From NCBI GenBank assembly GCA_903895255.1, contig CAITTG010000092.1, forward strand, positions 64,306-128,305: a stretch of 64,000 nt of DNA, read 5' to 3'. A model generated the notes under the pieces. It worked only from the letters and a program-made list of their open reading frames with translations, searched no databases and had not been told where the DNA came from. The position numbers and the translations under genes were made by a program. Each line of letters begins with the position of its first letter. Within the stretch, counting starts at the first letter, position 1. This DNA comes from an uncultured Verrucomicrobia subdivision 3 bacterium (lineage in GTDB: Bacteria > Verrucomicrobiota > Verrucomicrobiia > Limisphaerales > UBA11358). This document shows positions 34,194 to 45,600 of the stretch, in pieces.

Positions 34194-35138
34194 TTAAATG
34201 GCGGCGTTGGCGGGCACGACCTTGGGGGCCAGTTGCTGGTGGGGAGCCGGATGACTGGCCAGCCGTTCCGCAAATTGCCGCGGCAACGGCGGCGTGGCAC
34301 CGGCGCTGGCGCAGACAAAGCGGGCCACTTCATCCGCGAAGCAATTGATCTCGTCCAGCGGCATTCTGCGCAGCAACCCCAGTACCAGTGCCGCGGTAAA
34401 CGAATCACCCGCTCCGACGGTGTCCACTACTTTGATCGGCACCGAGGGACAATCCGACCACTGCCCGTTTTGATAGAGCAAACTGCCCGCCGGACCCCGC
34501 GTGAGGGCCACCACATCCAGTTCAAACCGACCGGCCAGCGCCTGGATCATTTCGCGGGTGCTGCCCGTCAGGCCGAATTGCTCCGCCAGCACCGGCAGTT
34601 CCCCGTCATTCAATTTGAGCACATTGGCCAGTCGCAGGGATTGCTCGATGATTTCCGGCGTGAAATACTTCTGGCGCAAGTTAATATCGAAAATCCGCAG
34701 AGTGCCCACGGGTGCGGTGGCCACCAGTTGTTGAATCGACGCCCGGGCGAGCTCGCTGCGCTGGGCCAGGCTGCCGAAGCAAACGGCATCCGCCTCGTTA
34801 ATGGCGGTTTTGGCGGCAGACGTCACCTCCAACCGGTCCCAGGCGGCGTTTTCATGAATGATATACTGGGGTATCCCCGCTTCGGAAAGGGTGACCGTGA
34901 CCATGCCCGTCGCGGCCGTCGGGTCCACCTGGACCGTGCCGCACCCAATCCCCTGCCCCTCCAGACGTTTAAAAATATCATCCCCAAACCCATCGTTGCC
35001 CACGCGTGTCACGACGCAGGCCTGAGCCCCCAGCGCATGGGCGTGGCAGGCAAAATTCGCCGGCGCCCCGCCCAGTTTCATTCCCGAGGGCAGCAAGTCC
35101 CACAGCACCTCGCCAATCCCGACAATTTTAAATTTCAT
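34194..35138 (-). CDS. PfkB-family carbohydrate kinase (fructokinase-type)
   Basis: Shows MKFKIVGIGEVLWDLLPSGMKLGGAPANFACHA..., C-terminal DTVGAGDSFTAAL and the anion-hole GAGD. The ATG at 35138 is preferred. The ORF track extension to 35453 overlaps the transporter gene. Confidence 0.85.
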   Translation of the reverse strand: MKFKIVGIGEVLWDLLPSGMKLGGAPANFACHAHALGAQACVVTRVGNDGFGDDIFKRLEGQGIGCGTVQVDPTAATGMVTVTLSEAGIPQYIIHENAAWDRLEVTSAAKTAINEADAVCFGSLAQRSELARASIQQLVATAPVGTLRIFDINLRQKYFTPEIIEQSLRLANVLKLNDGELPVLAEQFGLTGSTREMIQALAGRFELDVVALTRGPAGSLLYQNGQWSDCPSVPIKVVDTVGAGDSFTAALVLGLLRRMPLDEINCFADEVARFVCASAGATPPLPRQFAERLASHPAPHQQLAPKVVPANAAI

Positions 35139-35146
35139 GCGGAGCG

Positions 35147-36472
35147 TCAAACAATTCCCAGCTTCTTTTGCATTTGTTCCAGCGGCACGCCCTTGGTTTC
35201 CGGCACCAGCGTCTTCACCCAGATGAGTTGCAGCACCATCATGAACGCGAAAAACGCGAACACGCCACCCGGCGGAAACACCGTGACCATTTTCGGGAAG
35301 AAGGTCGTGAGCAACGCGGCAAAAATCCAGTGCGTGAAACTCCCCAGCGATTGTCCCTCGGCCCGGTGCCGGTTCGGGAAAATTTCCGAGATAAACACCC
35401 AGATCACCGCCCCCTGACCGATGGCGTGCGCCGCGATGAAGGCAAAAATACACACCGGCACAATGGCGTAATGCGCCGTGAAAAACGCCCAGGACACCAT
35501 TCCCAGCGAAAGGATGTAACCGAAAGAGCCAATGAACAGCAGCGTGCGGCGGCCCAGGCGGTCAATCAACCACAGGCCCACAAATGTGAAAATCAAATTG
35601 GTCACGCCAATCCCCACGGATTGCAGCAGCGCCGCCTTCGCGCCCAGCCCGGTCAATTCGAAAATGCGCGGGGCAAAATACAGAATGGCATTGATGCCGG
35701 ACAACTGGTTGAAGAAGGCGATCAAAAACGCCAGCATGATGGGCAGCCGCAGCCGCCAGGTCCAAAACTTGTCCGTCGCGTGGCCCTCGTTGGACGCCGT
35801 GGTAATCCGGTCCGCTTCCGCGTCCAGCTCGGCCGCCGTGGCCTCCGGCTGAATCAACCGCAACACCTGCAAACCCGCCGCGCGGTCATTCTTCCGGCCC
35901 AGCAGCCAGCGCGGACTCTCCGGCAGCCCCAGGCAGCACACCACATACACCAGGGAGGGAAACGCCGCCACGCCCAGCATCCAGCGCCACGCATTTTCAC
36001 CGGTGCCCGCCAGCAACGCGTTGGACAAAAAGGCCACCAGGATGCCGAACACAATGTTAAACTGGAACATCCCCGCCAGCCGTCCACGATGCGCGGGCGG
36101 TGCGATTTCTGAAATATACAGCGGCGCCACCACCGTGGAGATACCGATGCCCAGGCCGCCCAGGACGCGCGCCATGATGAAGGAATAAACATCCCCCGCC
36201 AGCGCCGACCAGATCGCTCCCACCAGATACAGGCCGCCAATGCACAGCAGCGTCGCTTTGCGGCCGAACCTGTCCGTCGGCCAGCTTCCGCACAAGGAGC
36301 CGATGACCGTGCCGTAAAGTGCCGAGGCCATGGCGATGCCATGCACCCCGGCGCTCAACCCCCACAAAGTTTGGATTTTTTGCTCGGCCCCGGAAATGAC
36401 CACAGTGTCAAAGCCAAACAGGAAGCCCGCCAGCGCGGAGGTGACGGCCCAGAAAAAGATGCGCGGATTCAT
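35147..36472 (-). CDS. MFS sugar porter family transporter
   Basis: Motifs seen: GFLFGFDTVVISGA, PESPRWL, RLGRRTLL and VPETKG, with 12 predicted hydrophobic spans by eye. The start is either ATG 36472 (MNPRIFFWAV, preferred) or ATG 36595 (the ORF track start, which adds 41 non-hydrophobic residues). Confidence 0.85.
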   Translation of the reverse strand: MNPRIFFWAVTSALAGFLFGFDTVVISGAEQKIQTLWGLSAGVHGIAMASALYGTVIGSLCGSWPTDRFGRKATLLCIGGLYLVGAIWSALAGDVYSFIMARVLGGLGIGISTVVAPLYISEIAPPAHRGRLAGMFQFNIVFGILVAFLSNALLAGTGENAWRWMLGVAAFPSLVYVVCCLGLPESPRWLLGRKNDRAAGLQVLRLIQPEATAAELDAEADRITTASNEGHATDKFWTWRLRLPIMLAFLIAFFNQLSGINAILYFAPRIFELTGLGAKAALLQSVGIGVTNLIFTFVGLWLIDRLGRRTLLFIGSFGYILSLGMVSWAFFTAHYAIVPVCIFAFIAAHAIGQGAVIWVFISEIFPNRHRAEGQSLGSFTHWIFAALLTTFFPKMVTVFPPGGVFAFFAFMMVLQLIWVKTLVPETKGVPLEQMQKKLGIV

Positions 36473-36636
36473 GCGCTGCAGGTTGGCCGAACCGGCGGAA
36501 CTTTTCAACCCGCCATGTGGCCGGCCCGAAGGGGCCGGGCGCGAGGTTGCGTGGCGGTCGTCCGCCTGAAAAGTAGGGGGAGGAATGGAGGCCATATATA
36601 AAAGGATATTCCGGGCGAGGTTGTTGCTAAATCAAG

Positions 36637-36648
36637 GTTTTAAAATGC
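36637..36648. promoter_or_regulatory. TTTTAAAATGCC 12-mer shared with the GH78 upstream palindrome
   Basis: Exact match to 11343..11354. It sits in the leader or upstream region of the MFS-fructokinase-GH32 operon, 42-53 nt from ATG 36595 and 165-176 nt from ATG 36472. Confidence 0.25.
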
Positions 36649-36676
36649 CAGGGAGCTTGCGCCCCGGCGGGCCGGA

Positions 36677-37504
<828 letters not shown>

Positions 37505-37564
37505 AGTCTTGTTTGGCTTATTTCTTCGATTTTTAAAAGGATATAAGATTTTAAGTTGAATGCA

Positions 37565-37596
37565 GGCCGGCCCGCGGCACCCGCCCCGGGCCGGCC
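37565..37596 (-). terminator. 10-bp GC hairpin (GGCCGGCCCG-N12-CGGGCCGGCC) just downstream of the LamG protein gene, a possible terminator
   Basis: Read directly from the sequence. It is followed on the minus strand by an AT-rich stretch but no uninterrupted U-tract. Confidence 0.35.
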
Positions 37597-37613
37597 CCTG
37601 TCATTAAGTCAGA

Positions 37614-39884
37614 TCAGTGCTTGATCTTGTAGAACTGCGCGGCGCCACTCTTGGCCACCGTCGCCTGGAAGTTACCACCGCCCAGCGAGGTGACGCTGGC
37701 GGCCAGGGTGGTGTAGGTGCCATTCACGGTGGGCGAGCCCACCAGGGTGTAGGACGATGCCAAGGCCGCCGGACTGCCGGTGAATTGAATCGTCACCGTG
37801 CTTCCGCTCAGGCTGATGCCAGTGATACTCGGCGGACCCGCCACGTAGCCCAACTGGCCGGTGGCCGGGGTAATCAAGCCGGAGGAAACCTGCACTTCAT
37901 CAATTTCACCAATGAACGTGCGCGGATCAGTGTTGCCGCCATCGACCAACGGGTAGCGGAAACGACCAACAAACAAGTTGCCCGTGACTTGGTTCGCCAG
38001 CGGACTATAACCGGCCGGCAGCGCGGCCGTGACATTCGTGCCACTGCCATCCGCGTTAGCCACCGACAAGCTGATGGTGTTGGCCACGGAATCGTATTTG
38101 GCCTGCAGATAATGCCAGGCACCGTCCGCATAATTAGCGTTGTTCAAGACGACGGACTGGATACCGGGGTTGGTGTCCTCCCAAGACGGGCCGGTCGGGG
38201 CGGTGCCCAAATTATTGACCTTGAAGCTGATGGCACCCGGACCCGCCTGGTTCAAATTAACCCCGTAGCGGAAGGTGTTGCCACCGTCCGAGCCCTGGCA
38301 GAGTAATTCCATCGGGCCAGTTCCGCTCTGGTCGCCATAGCTCCGGAAAAACAGCTCCAGCGTGAAGTCGGTTTGGAAGTCAAAGACGTCCGGTCCGAGC
38401 GGGTAAAACACCACGCCATTCACATTTTGAATGAACGAGGCGTCAAAGGCATTCGTGCTGCCATTGTTGCCATTGATAAACATCGTCGCCGGCGGAACGG
38501 CATTAGTCAGCCCGATACCGCCGTTGGCACCAATGCCACTCGGGTTGGGCGCGTCGTTAAAGGTAATCAAATCATAAATCCCACCGGGCAGAACATCATC
38601 CACGGTGGCCTGCGGAAACGTCACCGCCTCGGTGAAGTTAAACGACCAACGGGTCTGGGGAATGGCCGGCACCACGGAAACCACCATGGGCGCGCTGATG
38701 GCGGGCGGGCCACCGCACGGCGTGGTCGCCGTCACTTGGTAGGTGCCCGATTCAGCGGGCGTCGCCGGGTAGAGATTGAGCGCCAGATTGGTCGCGCCCG
38801 GAATGTTAACTCCGTTCAATTGCCACTGGTATTGCAGTGGGCCGCCCAGCACTTGGACGGGCCAGGTGGCTGGCGAGACATTCAAAACTGAACCCTGGGC
38901 CACTGAGGTGGTGGAGGCCGTGTTGTTGAACACCGGTGCATTGCAGGCCGCGGCATTCGCCATCAATTTGCTGTTGGGCAGCGAGGCGTTGGAATAACGG
39001 AGTTGGTTAATCTCACCGTCGAATTGCTCGTTTTGGTTTTCATCGCAACCGAGAAACACCGGGCCCTGACTACCGGAACCGCCCGGATTCAAGGGCACCG
39101 TGATATAGGTGGAAGTCTCGGCGCTGGTGCCGTCCTGATTCACCACCAGCAAATCCATGGTCTCGGTCGCGGTGTTAAACCGCATCGCCGCATAATGCCA
39201 CTGGCCGTCGTCCAGCCGGTGACCGTGGTTTTGCGCCGCCGTGATGCGGCAGTCGATGCCGAACACCGCCACGTTCCAGCTCCAGAAGCGGATGCTGCCA
39301 ATATTATTAGTGTTGCCCGCGTTGTCGTTCAGGGACAAAAACGCATAGGCCGACTGGTGGTGATCAAAAATGAGGAACTGGGTCTGGGTGCCCGTTGACG
39401 GATCATTCGCCGTGTCCGACTTGAAATAGATTTCCCAGGTAAAATCCGGGCCGTTAAAATTGTTGCCATAAGTGGTGTTGTCACAGGTCAGGCTCCCGCC
39501 CGCGCCGGAAAACAAGTCCGCGCCGCAATCCCAGGACCCCGTCCCGGCCGTGAAATAATTGTCACCGTTGAACATGCCCGCCGGGGGCGCGTCCGCCGTG
39601 AAGGTTGGACCGGCGGAAACCGGCCCCTGAAACCACAGGTCCTGCACCGAAACCGGCACCCCGCTCACGGTTCCAGGAATCGTTCCCTGGCCAGCGTTCG
39701 TGGCCAAATCCAATATGCCGTTGCCGCTCGGGCTCAAGGTCACACTGGCAGCCGCGCCCAGCTTCCAGTAGGCGACGGTCGTGGCGTTGGTATCTGACTC
39801 CTGCGCGAAGGCCACCCCCGAGGCTCCCACGCAGAGCGCGGCGGCCAGGGCCGCCGTCTGCTTGATTCTGACGTTTGCTTTCAT
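37614..39884 (-). CDS. Secreted LamG - Ig-like - LamG protein with a C-terminal FYR-tail-type domain
   Basis: Signal peptide MKANVRIKQTAALAAALCVGASGVAFAQ (ATG 39884; the ORF track start at 39977 is GTG). The second LamG (FTLELFFRSYGDQSGTGPMELLCQG...TFRYGVNLNQ...YADGAWHYLQAKYD...EIDEVQVS) is homologous to the LamG of the GH32 giant. C-terminus: ...SSYTLVGSPTVNGTYTTLA...AAQFYKIKH. Confidence 0.8.
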   Translation of the reverse strand: MKANVRIKQTAALAAALCVGASGVAFAQESDTNATTVAYWKLGAAASVTLSPSGNGILDLATNAGQGTIPGTVSGVPVSVQDLWFQGPVSAGPTFTADAPPAGMFNGDNYFTAGTGSWDCGADLFSGAGGSLTCDNTTYGNNFNGPDFTWEIYFKSDTANDPSTGTQTQFLIFDHHQSAYAFLSLNDNAGNTNNIGSIRFWSWNVAVFGIDCRITAAQNHGHRLDDGQWHYAAMRFNTATETMDLLVVNQDGTSAETSTYITVPLNPGGSGSQGPVFLGCDENQNEQFDGEINQLRYSNASLPNSKLMANAAACNAPVFNNTASTTSVAQGSVLNVSPATWPVQVLGGPLQYQWQLNGVNIPGATNLALNLYPATPAESGTYQVTATTPCGGPPAISAPMVVSVVPAIPQTRWSFNFTEAVTFPQATVDDVLPGGIYDLITFNDAPNPSGIGANGGIGLTNAVPPATMFINGNNGSTNAFDASFIQNVNGVVFYPLGPDVFDFQTDFTLELFFRSYGDQSGTGPMELLCQGSDGGNTFRYGVNLNQAGPGAISFKVNNLGTAPTGPSWEDTNPGIQSVVLNNANYADGAWHYLQAKYDSVANTISLSVANADGSGTNVTAALPAGYSPLANQVTGNLFVGRFRYPLVDGGNTDPRTFIGEIDEVQVSSGLITPATGQLGYVAGPPSITGISLSGSTVTIQFTGSPAALASSYTLVGSPTVNGTYTTLAASVTSLGGGNFQATVAKSGAAQFYKIKH

Positions 39885-40079
39885 GTTTATGGTTTGCTGT
39901 TTGGTTGTGTTGCGGTCAATTTCCCCGCAACTGGCCGGTCCTGAACCACGGGTTGCCCGGCCGAAACACTCGTTCACGCCGGTCCCGCAGAGCTGCCATC
40001 GGGCTCAAAATCGCGCCGATGAAAACCGGTTGGTGCAGTCGCTGGGTACATCATTAGTTATAGCCAATTGTTAAAAACC

Positions 40080-40110
40080 TGCAAATACAGACTAGACTGG
40101 ATTGCAAATA
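40080..40110. promoter_or_regulatory. Direct repeat TGCAAATA (x2, 23 nt apart) in the AT-rich divergent region between the LamG operon and the regulator gene
   Basis: Copies at 40080..40087 and 40103..40110, 48-78 nt upstream of the regulator ATG (40158). Confidence 0.25.
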
Positions 40111-40157
40111 GATGATATTACAACTTTGGAAGCAGTCATTACCAATCACGTTCCCGC

Positions 40158-41279
40158 ATGAAAACCAAACCCAAGCATAATGAAATCAGCGGATTCCTGG
40201 AAACTGAAATTGCCGCCGGCCGCTATAAAGATGGCGACCGCCTCCCCAGCGAGGTGCAACTGGTGCAAAAATTTGGTGTTTCCCGGCCGACGGTGGCCCG
40301 AGCCCTGCGAGACTTGGAGGACAAAGGACTGATTGACCGTCGGGCCGGCTCCGGCACCTATGTGAGTTCCCATCATAACCGCACGGCCGCAACCCGGATT
40401 TTAGGCCTGCTGGTGCCCGGCCTGGCCACCACCGAAATTTTCCAAATCATCTGCGGTGAAATCGCCAGCCTCGCCCGCGTCAATGATTACGGCCTCCTTT
40501 GGGGCGGATCCACCAATCCCCGCGTGGACACCGACGCCAGCCTGAAGCACGCGGAGGAAATCTGCAAACAATTCATCGAGCGCAAGGTCAGTGGCGTCTT
40601 CTTTGCCCCCGCTGAATTGCAACCCGGCCAGGAGGAGGCCAACACCCGGCTCGCCGAATCCCTGCGGGAGGCCGGCATACCTGCGGTATTACTCGATCGT
40701 GATTTACTGAATTTCCCCGAGCGGAGTGACTTTGACCTGGTCGGCATTGACAACATGGCGGGAGGCTATCTCGTGGCCCAGCATCTCATCAAACTCGGCT
40801 GCCGCCGCATTTTCTTTGTCGCCCGCCCCCTCTCGGCCGCCACCGTGAACGCCCGTATCGCCGGCGTGCGCGAAGCCTTTGTGCGCCATCGCCTTGAGCC
40901 CGACCCCGGCTGGGTGCGCAACGGCGACCCCGCCGACCTCAAATTCGTGCGCTCGCTCGTGGCCGGCCGCCAGGCGGATGCCTTTATTTGCGCCAATGAC
41001 GACACCGCCGCCGTGCTGCTGCGCTCCCTGGAATCCCAGGGCGTGCACGTGCCCAAGGACGTTCGCGTGGTGGGTTTTGACGATGTAAAATATGCGACCC
41101 TCGTCTCCGTGCCGCTCACCACCATTCATCAGCCCTGCCGGGACATCGCCATCATCGCCTTTCAAACCATGATGAAACGCCTGGCCGAACCGCTGCTCCC
41201 CATTCAAAGCATCACCCTCACGCCCCGTCTCGTGGTCCGTGAGTCCTGTGGCGCCTATCTGCCCCGCCCGAAACCATAA
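40158..41279 (+). CDS. Hybrid transcriptional regulator: GntR-type winged HTH fused to a LacI-type (PBP1) sugar-binding domain
   Basis: GntR HTH: LPSEVQLVQKFGVSRPTVARALRDLEDKGLIDRRAGSGTYV. PBP1 core: ILGLLVPG..., GVFFAP, LVGIDNMAGGYLVAQHLIKLGCRRIFFV, AFICANDDTAAVLLRSL, VVGFDD. Confidence 0.85.
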   Translation: MKTKPKHNEISGFLETEIAAGRYKDGDRLPSEVQLVQKFGVSRPTVARALRDLEDKGLIDRRAGSGTYVSSHHNRTAATRILGLLVPGLATTEIFQIICGEIASLARVNDYGLLWGGSTNPRVDTDASLKHAEEICKQFIERKVSGVFFAPAELQPGQEEANTRLAESLREAGIPAVLLDRDLLNFPERSDFDLVGIDNMAGGYLVAQHLIKLGCRRIFFVARPLSAATVNARIAGVREAFVRHRLEPDPGWVRNGDPADLKFVRSLVAGRQADAFICANDDTAAVLLRSLESQGVHVPKDVRVVGFDDVKYATLVSVPLTTIHQPCRDIAIIAFQTMMKRLAEPLLPIQSITLTPRLVVRESCGAYLPRPKP

Positions 41280-41289
41280 AACGCCGATA

Positions 41290-42516
41290 TCAGGCCAGTG
41301 GCTGAAAATCCAAAACCACCGGTCGATCTCCTTGAATGGCCCTGACCTGTTCGGCAGCGGCGGCCACTTCCGCGCGGTTCGCGTGAATGGCCACTGCCAA
41401 AGCAAAATGGCGCGTTTCCCCCGGCTGCAATTTCGGCACCCGACCCGCTGCCCGTTCCCGACGGCGCGTGGCCGGAAAGCCCGTGCCGGGTTCCAACCCG
41501 GTGACATACCCCTCGGCCTCGGCCGCGAGATTTTTCCAAAGGGTCACGCAGGGCAATTGGGCAACGGGAAAAGCCATGGATACCGCCCGGTCGCCCACGG
41601 CGTTTTGCAGCATGATCCTCCCCTGCCCCGCAGCATCGGCCAGCGGATGCAAACAATAGACCTGCTCAATGAATCCCGGTTGCGGCCCGGTGTAGCCGGC
41701 AAAGTCCGCCACCTGCTCCGCAGCTCGCGCATTAAACGGCGTGACCCGCTCAACCGCGCCCAGAAACTGGCTGCCCGCCCCCAGCAATGGCGGACCAAAA
41801 TTTGCATGGTAGATGATTTGAAATTCCTGGTCATGCGCACCGTGATTCGTCACCGCATCCTCGACCCGGAAGGTGTTGCTGCCCATTTCCATGGAAATAC
41901 TCGTCCACAATGATAGCTTGGGACCGTAAAACATCCGTTCCTCGACCAAGCCGCGAACCACAATGCGCGGCGGCGGGCCGGCCTCGATGACCACTTCCAC
42001 CTCCGAAGCCGGAATGTTCCCAATTTTGCCATGCAACGTCAGGTCCAGTTCCACCTGTTCACCGAGATTATTCCGAAACTGGTCCTTGCCCGGATGGCCT
42101 GCCCATTCAAGCCCGCACCGCACCAACCATTCATTAAAGCCTTCCAGCCAGCCCAAACCACCCCGGCTGTCCAGGCGGATAAACTGCGGATGCACGGCTT
42201 CTTTCACTGGTGAATCCCAGCCCAACCGGACATCGCCGGAGTCCACCCGCAAAATACTCATGCCTCGCGTGGGCACCACCACCAGGCGCAACCGGCCATT
42301 ATCCAATTCAATGACATCAACCCCCGCCTGACGGCCGCCACAAAGCGTATATTTTTTAACGGACCAGGCGAAAGCTGTGGCCAGGGGCAACTCTCGCTGG
42401 CTGACCGCCCAGGAAGTCAAATGGGTGCGATTGGCCGCGCTGGTCAACGATTGGCATAAGGCCGGATTGCCTGGAGGTAATACACATGTCTGTTTTTTTA
42501 AATCGGTGGATTCCAT
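41290..42516 (-). CDS. Aldose-1-epimerase-like protein (DUF4432 family)
   Basis: 408-aa ORF. DVIELDNGRLRLVVVPTRGMSILRV and the mutarotase-like beta-sandwich pattern match my recollection of DUF4432. It is convergent with the regulator gene across a 10-nt gap. Confidence 0.6.
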   Translation of the reverse strand: MESTDLKKQTCVLPPGNPALCQSLTSAANRTHLTSWAVSQRELPLATAFAWSVKKYTLCGGRQAGVDVIELDNGRLRLVVVPTRGMSILRVDSGDVRLGWDSPVKEAVHPQFIRLDSRGGLGWLEGFNEWLVRCGLEWAGHPGKDQFRNNLGEQVELDLTLHGKIGNIPASEVEVVIEAGPPPRIVVRGLVEERMFYGPKLSLWTSISMEMGSNTFRVEDAVTNHGAHDQEFQIIYHANFGPPLLGAGSQFLGAVERVTPFNARAAEQVADFAGYTGPQPGFIEQVYCLHPLADAAGQGRIMLQNAVGDRAVSMAFPVAQLPCVTLWKNLAAEAEGYVTGLEPGTGFPATRRRERAAGRVPKLQPGETRHFALAVAIHANRAEVAAAAEQVRAIQGDRPVVLDFQPLA

Positions 42517-42692
42517 GCTTTATTCACCGAACCATTGCCGTTGCAAGCGAGGATGTCCATCCAAAAATGCTGACCAAACTCAAGGCATAGTTGTGGGCTG
42601 GGAGCGGCTCGTCTCTGCGCATGCCTAAGGGTATGCGATTGCGTGTTGCATCACCGCAACGATCCCTGCTGACCATCACTCGGGCGGCGTTC

Positions 42693-45600
42693 TCACGGCA
42701 CCTCAAGCCGATAGAACTGTTGCCGGTTGCGTGGCTGGAAGACATTGGTAACGGTGAAATTTCCGCTGGCGTCAAATTGATTGGTTAGCAACGGGGTCCA
42801 ATTCAACAACGGGGTGGCCAGGTTGGTCGTCGTCAGCAAGTAATAACTGCTGCCGGGAGCGCCACCGGAACCGGTCAGCACCAGACTGCCGGGCGTGGAC
42901 TGCACCGGCCCAAAGCGAGGGGCGGTGACAATGATATTAACCTTGCCCACCACGGAGGAGTCGATGGTGTAATTATATCCGACCGGGGCCGTGCCGATAA
43001 CCAAAGCGCCCACGCTCAGGGCGCCACCGTAAGTGAAGAGCGGATAAGTTCCGGGACCGAAACCGGCTGTTGCGCTTAGATTAAGGGTGCCGGCCAGGGT
43101 CAGATCACCGGCAACCGCCACCTGGCTGCCACCGGCACCCACCTGAAAGTCCAGGGTGCTGCCATTGTTCAAGCCCAAGTCATTGGTGATGGTTAGGGTG
43201 CCGAATCCATTGCTGCCCGGGGCCAGGGTGGCCCCGGCGGTCAGGCTTACCTGGCCGCCGATGATGCCGTTGCCCCCAAGCGTGGCGCCGGGATTAACCG
43301 TGACGGTGCCGGAACCGGTGCCGCTGCCAACCGGGCTGTTGATAATCAACGCACCACCATTAACCGTAGTGTTGCCGGAGAAGGTATTGTTGCCTGTCAG
43401 CGTTAGCGCGGCCGGACCGTTGACAACCAGGGCCGTCGGGGAGGCGCCATCGGAAATCGTGCCGTTGAAAACACTGTTGGTGTTGACGCCGCCGACCACA
43501 TAGGTGGTCTGATTTGCGGGAGCGGTGGAGGCCCCCGCCAGAGCGGTGGCCGGACCGCCAAACAGCGCCCCGAAGGAGACGGTCGCGCCGCCATTTTTGT
43601 TATTGATCCCGCCGTTGACGCCGAAATTCCAAACGGCGGCGGCGCTGCCAAAGGCGGTGGTGTTCACCTCGCGGAGCCAATTGCCGGTGGTAAAGTTAAT
43701 GGTGCCACTAAAACCGCTCCAATCACCGCTGGGCGAGAAGGTGCCGCCACCGCCCAGCGTCACGGTGAGCAGGCCGGAACCCTGTAAATTGAAAGTGGCG
43801 TAGGGCTGGCCGTAGGTGACCAGCGAGTTGGTGCCGGCCGAGGTGATGGTGGTGCCCGTGCCCACGCCATTGAGGAAGAGGGTGCCACCATTGAGAACAA
43901 CCGGACCAAAGCCGCCCGCGTAAAAATTATTGACCAGTTGCAAAGTGCCGCCATTCACAAAGGTGCCGCCGGTGTAGCTATTGCTGGAATTCAAGGTCAG
44001 CGAGCCGGGACCGTTCTTGACGAGGCTGGCGATGCCGCCCAGCACGCCACCACCAATGGTGTAGGCGGTCGTGTTGTTGGTTACCAGCACCGCCGCCGGC
44101 TGGACCACTCCGTTGATATTCACGTTGCCGTTGGTGGAGGTGTCGTCAAAGCGCACCAGGTCCAGATTATAAAACTCGTCGGCCCTGATACCATTCAGCC
44201 AGTTGACCGTGGTGGCCAGGTCCCAATTACCGCCATTGGCACCCTGCCACACGAGGGAACTGGCGCTGCCGGAGACCACCAGTTGCACCCCGGTGGTGGT
44301 GTTCTGGAGGCTAAAGCCCTGCCGGGTGCTGGTGGGCAGGTCTGTCACGAGACTCCCGCCATAATTATTACCCGCCGCGCCACCGATCAAGGTGTACGTC
44401 CCCGCGCCGAGCGCGTTGTTGACGAGGTTCAGGTTGTACGTTTGCACGCCGGTCTCATTGAGCGTGCCGCCGGGCAGCAGAATCTCATCATTGGGACCGC
44501 CGGGCGAACTGGACAGGTCAAAAACCAGCGCCGACGTGTTCAGATTCAGACTGTTGCTCACCGTCAGGGTGCCGAAGCCACCGTTGCCCAGGTCCGGTTC
44601 CAGGATGCCGCCACTCTGGATGGTCACCCCATTGCCCAGGATGCCGTCGCCTTCCAGAACCGCACCGCTATTAACGGTCACCGGGCTGCTGCTGAAACTG
44701 CCGGCCACCGCCAGGATACCGCTGCTCACCGTGGTGTTGCCGGTGTGCGTGCTGTTGCCGCTCAGGGTCAGCGTACCGGTGCCGGTTTTGATCACATTCG
44801 CCGAGCTTTGAAACTGGCCCGCAAAGGTGGTGCTGAGATTGAGCGCTCCAATGCTAAAGGTGGGGGCGCCAGCGTATTGATCATAGAACGCCGCGTTGGG
44901 ATTGTTGCCGGACAACGCGCCGAAGTAGTAGGTATTGCCGGCCGAGTTGTCGTGGAAACCCAGGGTGACGGGCGCGTTGAGGGTGGTTAACGCATCTGAA
45001 AATCCGGAGAACGCGCCGCCATTGGCGACGAAGAGCAAGCCACCGCTGCCAAGCAGGTTAATCGTGCCGGTAAACGCCCCAGCGTTGCCCTTGATTTCGT
45101 CCGTGGCCCCGGTGTTTTGAACATTTAGGTTGAGCGTGCCCGCGCCGGTGAGGGTGCCGGTCAGGTCGATATCATTGCCCAAATCAATCGTGGCCGTGGA
45201 CCCGGCGGGCACCACCAGCGCATTGGCGAGGTTCAGGTAATCGCCGGCCGCGTAGTTATTAACCACCGTGCCATTCTGGATGGTGAGAGCACCAGTGCCC
45301 AGGGAACTGCCATCATTAAACTGAATGGTGCCGCCGTTCAAAGCCTCGGCTCCACTGAGACTGTTGGCGTTGTTCACGGTAAGGGTGCCCGAGCCGGATT
45401 TAGTGAGCGTGCCCGCGCCACTGATCGAGCCACTGCCGCCAATGGTGTAATTTTGCGTGGCGTTGAACGTCACACCGGCGGGCGCGACCAGGCCGTTGAT
45501 TTGAATTGCCGGGCTGGCGGAGCCGGTGTCATCAAAAGTCACAGTGTCGCTGGAATTAAAGGTGCCCAGATTGTTGCCATTAAACCAGTCGGCGGTATTG

